In this document: piece after piece, positions 23,123 through 24,870 of the stretch
Numbering within the stretch: the first letter of the stretch is position 1
Layout: every line of letters starts with the position of its first letter
Origin: a virus
Length of the DNA: 24,870 bases
Reading direction: 5' to 3' (one strand)
IMG/VR virus record: IMGVR_UViG_3300017989_000050
Span: 1 to 24,870 of that record
Translations under genes and position numbers: made by a program
The notes under the pieces: model-generated
The model's input: the letters and a program-made list of their open reading frames with translations, nothing else
The model's database searches: none
What the model was told of the DNA's origin: nothing

Positions 23123-24580
23123 GCCGGCCGCCAGTGCAGCGCCGGCTAGAAGAAAGAGCCCCCCGGCGCTTCCGCCCGTCTCTGAGGGACCTGCGACCGG
23201 AGAGACACGCTCCGGCTTGCCCTCGAACTCACCGAGACCCGGCGCGGCCAAGGGGCGATCGCCAGCGGTGGCGGTCTCGAACTCGGCGCGATAGTCAGCA
23301 TCTGGTATGTCCGCTGAGGACACCTTCCATCGAGCCATGTGTGTAAGGAGCCGGGCTCTTCTGTCGCGAAGCTTCTGTCGAAGCTTTGAACTCCGAAATG
23401 CGGGTTGCGATTCTGAGCAGTAGGCAACGACAAGGGTGTCTAGAAGCTCGTTCTGGACTCGCTTGATCTCCGCCATCCGGTGCGCCGCGAACTGGCCAAG
23501 GTCCCACTGACCCGCGACGCCGTAGAACCCGACCTTCGTTGAACGCTGGAGCGCTTGAAACCCGACGTACCGGTCAAGGTACATCTTCACGCCGCCGTTC
23601 ATTGCCTCCGATGCGAGACCGTTGGCCGCGTCCGCCCACGCTTCCCAGGCAAATGTGATGCCCCTCGTATCGAGGTCGAAAACAGCGGCGGTCTGAGTCG
23701 AACTGACCGCGCTCCAAAGCGCTGAGCCCACTCGTCGGAGGGAAGGCGTCGCGTCCCCGGAAGACGAGATCGTGCCTTCAAAAACAGCATCCCAGTCGCG
23801 TCGGACAGATGCGCGTTGAGATGAAGTGAGAGTGCCAGAGGGGTCGCTGCAAACCGTGCCCGCCTTGTTGCACGGAAGGTAGTTCTCAGCGGTCCAGTGG
23901 ATCGACGAGTTCAACTGGCCCGCAACAATGTTGGTCCCGGGGACAACGCCGAACCCGCCGGCTGAGCTATCGCCCTCGTACTTGACGGAGAAGCCGCCCT
24001 CCGCAGTAGGCTCGACACGCCAGGCGGTCACTCGCTCGGCGGGGGGCATGAAGACTCTTCGAAGGTCGCCGCCGTAGTAGCTACGAAGCGCGTCCGATGC
24101 TCGGTCCTGGTCGAGGGCCTTCAGGTACCGAATCGCCTGCGGTGCCGGCTTCTTCTTCCGGCTCATCCGCACGATGGTGTCGACGAGCTTGATCGCGAAC
24201 TTGGCCGCGACGCCGATGATGGGGACAGCGCCCATCCCCTCGAGCCCGAGATCCATCGCGCTGGTGAGAGTGCCTTCACCAAAGCTGCGCCAGTTCGCCG
24301 GCCCCCACTTCCACACGGCCTGCTCGAACGCGGGCAGGACAGCCGAGGGGACGCCGAGGTTGACGGCAGAGATGCCTTGGACCCACCGGTTCGCCCGGGC
24401 GGCGTTGGTGGTCATCGACTCGCCAAGGCCGGACTCCGAAACGATCCGCTCGAGGTCCGGATTCCCCCATGCAAGGCGGATGGTCTCCGCGTCGGGGAGG
24501 TCGCTCTTGAAGTCGACCGCGTCGGCGGAGTCCAGAGAGAGGTCGCGTAGTCCGGGGACTTCCTTGGTGTCGATTCGCAT
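23111..24580 (-). CDS. tail-anchored membrane protein of unknown function, 489 aa
   Basis: Track ORF. GGAG 9 nt upstream of the ATG (minus strand). Normal amino-acid composition, unlike the antisense shadow ORFs. Internal hydrophobic stretch (GMGAVPIIGVAAKFAI) and C-terminal TM segment (GGLFLLAGAALAAGSLF). Its 3' end overlaps the convergent + gene by 12 nt. Confidence 0.75.
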   Translation of the reverse strand: MRIDTKEVPGLRDLSLDSADAVDFKSDLPDAETIRLAWGNPDLERIVSESGLGESMTTNAARANRWVQGISAVNLGVPSAVLPAFEQAVWKWGPANWRSFGEGTLTSAMDLGLEGMGAVPIIGVAAKFAIKLVDTIVRMSRKKKPAPQAIRYLKALDQDRASDALRSYYGGDLRRVFMPPAERVTAWRVEPTAEGGFSVKYEGDSSAGGFGVVPGTNIVAGQLNSSIHWTAENYLPCNKAGTVCSDPSGTLTSSQRASVRRDWDAVFEGTISSSGDATPSLRRVGSALWSAVSSTQTAAVFDLDTRGITFAWEAWADAANGLASEAMNGGVKMYLDRYVGFQALQRSTKVGFYGVAGQWDLGQFAAHRMAEIKRVQNELLDTLVVAYCSESQPAFRSSKLRQKLRDRRARLLTHMARWKVSSADIPDADYRAEFETATAGDRPLAAPGLGEFEGKPERVSPVAGPSETGGSAGGLFLLAGAALAAGSLF

Positions 24581-24594
24581 TGAGACTGCTCCGT

Positions 24595-24870
24595 CTAGGC
24601 GCTGGCCGTTTGTAGGAGCTTGGCGAGCGCCGCGACGAGCCCCTTGTTTTCTTCCCCCATGGCGGCAGCAAGCCGCATAAAGGTCTGACCGTGGTTGGTC
24701 ATCTTGGCGGCGACACGACGGACCAAAGCGCGAAATGCCTCGTCGGAAACTCCCCCGGCCGCATCCTGCAAAATCTCCCAGACCTCATCGCCAAGGATCT
24801 CCTTGCATGCGTCCCTCTTGTCCGCGGGCACCTTGTCGAAAATGGTCTTGAGCCGAGAAGAATACGTCCC
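24595..24870 (-). CDS. 3' end of the junction-spanning 342-aa gene (24748-24870 duplicates 1-123)
   Basis: Track ORF 24595..24831 (its M is a GTG-encoded internal Val). The frame is continuous with complement 876..1. Stop TAG at 24597-24595. Confidence 0.7.
   Translation of the reverse strand, partial: GTYSSRLKTIFDKVPADKRDACKEILGDEVWEILQDAAGGVSDEAFRALVRRVAAKMTNHGQTFMRLAAAMGEENKGLVAALAKLLQTASA
24748..24870. repeat. terminal direct repeat, right copy
   Basis: Identical to 1-123. Confidence 0.97.

Larger units (their letters stand above)
1..24747. mobile_element. complete circular virus-like / plasmid-like replicon (unit length 24,747 bp)
   Basis: Exact 123-bp overlap of the window ends. One gene spans the junction. 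The element carries its own replication (Rep, SSB), lysis (amidase cassette), wall-hydrolase and structural-looking modules with phage-like gene packing. Confidence 0.75.

Noticed and set aside
23122-23147. 7-bp-stem hairpin AGCCGGC-n12-GCCGGCT at the convergent gene ends, as a possible bidirectional terminator
   Set aside because: There is no U-tract on either strand, and it lies within the codons for the C-terminal TM helix of the minus-strand gene (Ala/Gly codons create the palindrome).
1-24870. Integrase/attP-based temperate phage, conjugative plasmid or tailed-phage interpretations
   Set aside because: I found no tyrosine- or serine-recombinase-like ORF, no relaxase, VirB4 or VirD4 ATPases, and no terminase, portal or tail genes by eye. 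These absences need confirmation by profile searches, which I could not run.

Overview
The window is one complete, circularly closed, GC-rich replicon of 24,747 bp. Bases 1-123 recur exactly at 24748-24870, and a minus-strand gene reads in frame through that junction. It holds about 45 tightly packed genes, all but two on the + strand, most joined by ATGA/GTGA/TGATG start-stop overlaps. Modules: (i) 1109-13981 is a late, virion-like operon. It encodes three small beta-rich proteins, at least 10 membrane-anchored or secreted proteins, an SLT-like transglycosylase and a YiiX/NlpC-P60-type amidase. It also encodes a 92-aa histone-H1-like (K/R)KTAK-repeat protein, a 535-aa beta-rich protein flanked by two paralogous ~117-aa genes, and a lipoprotein / TM coiled-coil / Amidase_2 lysis cassette. 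(ii) 13982 to about 14760 is a gene-poor control region with an AT-richer core, hairpins and direct repeats. (iii) 14950-19866 holds early genes: tandem paralogous small proteins sharing a conserved dual-use junction, an MT-A70 DNA methyltransferase, Zn-ribbon proteins and an ASCH protein. (iv) A Rep_trans-like rolling-circle initiator and a canonical SSB. (v) Two duplicated small secreted Cys-rich proteins. (vi) A divergent two-gene minus-strand operon that crosses the junction. I saw no terminase, portal, HK97-type capsid, tail or integrase gene, no tRNA or CRISPR, and no GxxxxGK[ST] P-loop motif in any plausible CDS. The element therefore looks like a non-tailed virus-like replicon (or phage-plasmid) of an undescribed type. 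The host is probably a GC-rich diderm bacterium, but that is inference only. All functional calls are motif-level readings by eye; no searches were run.
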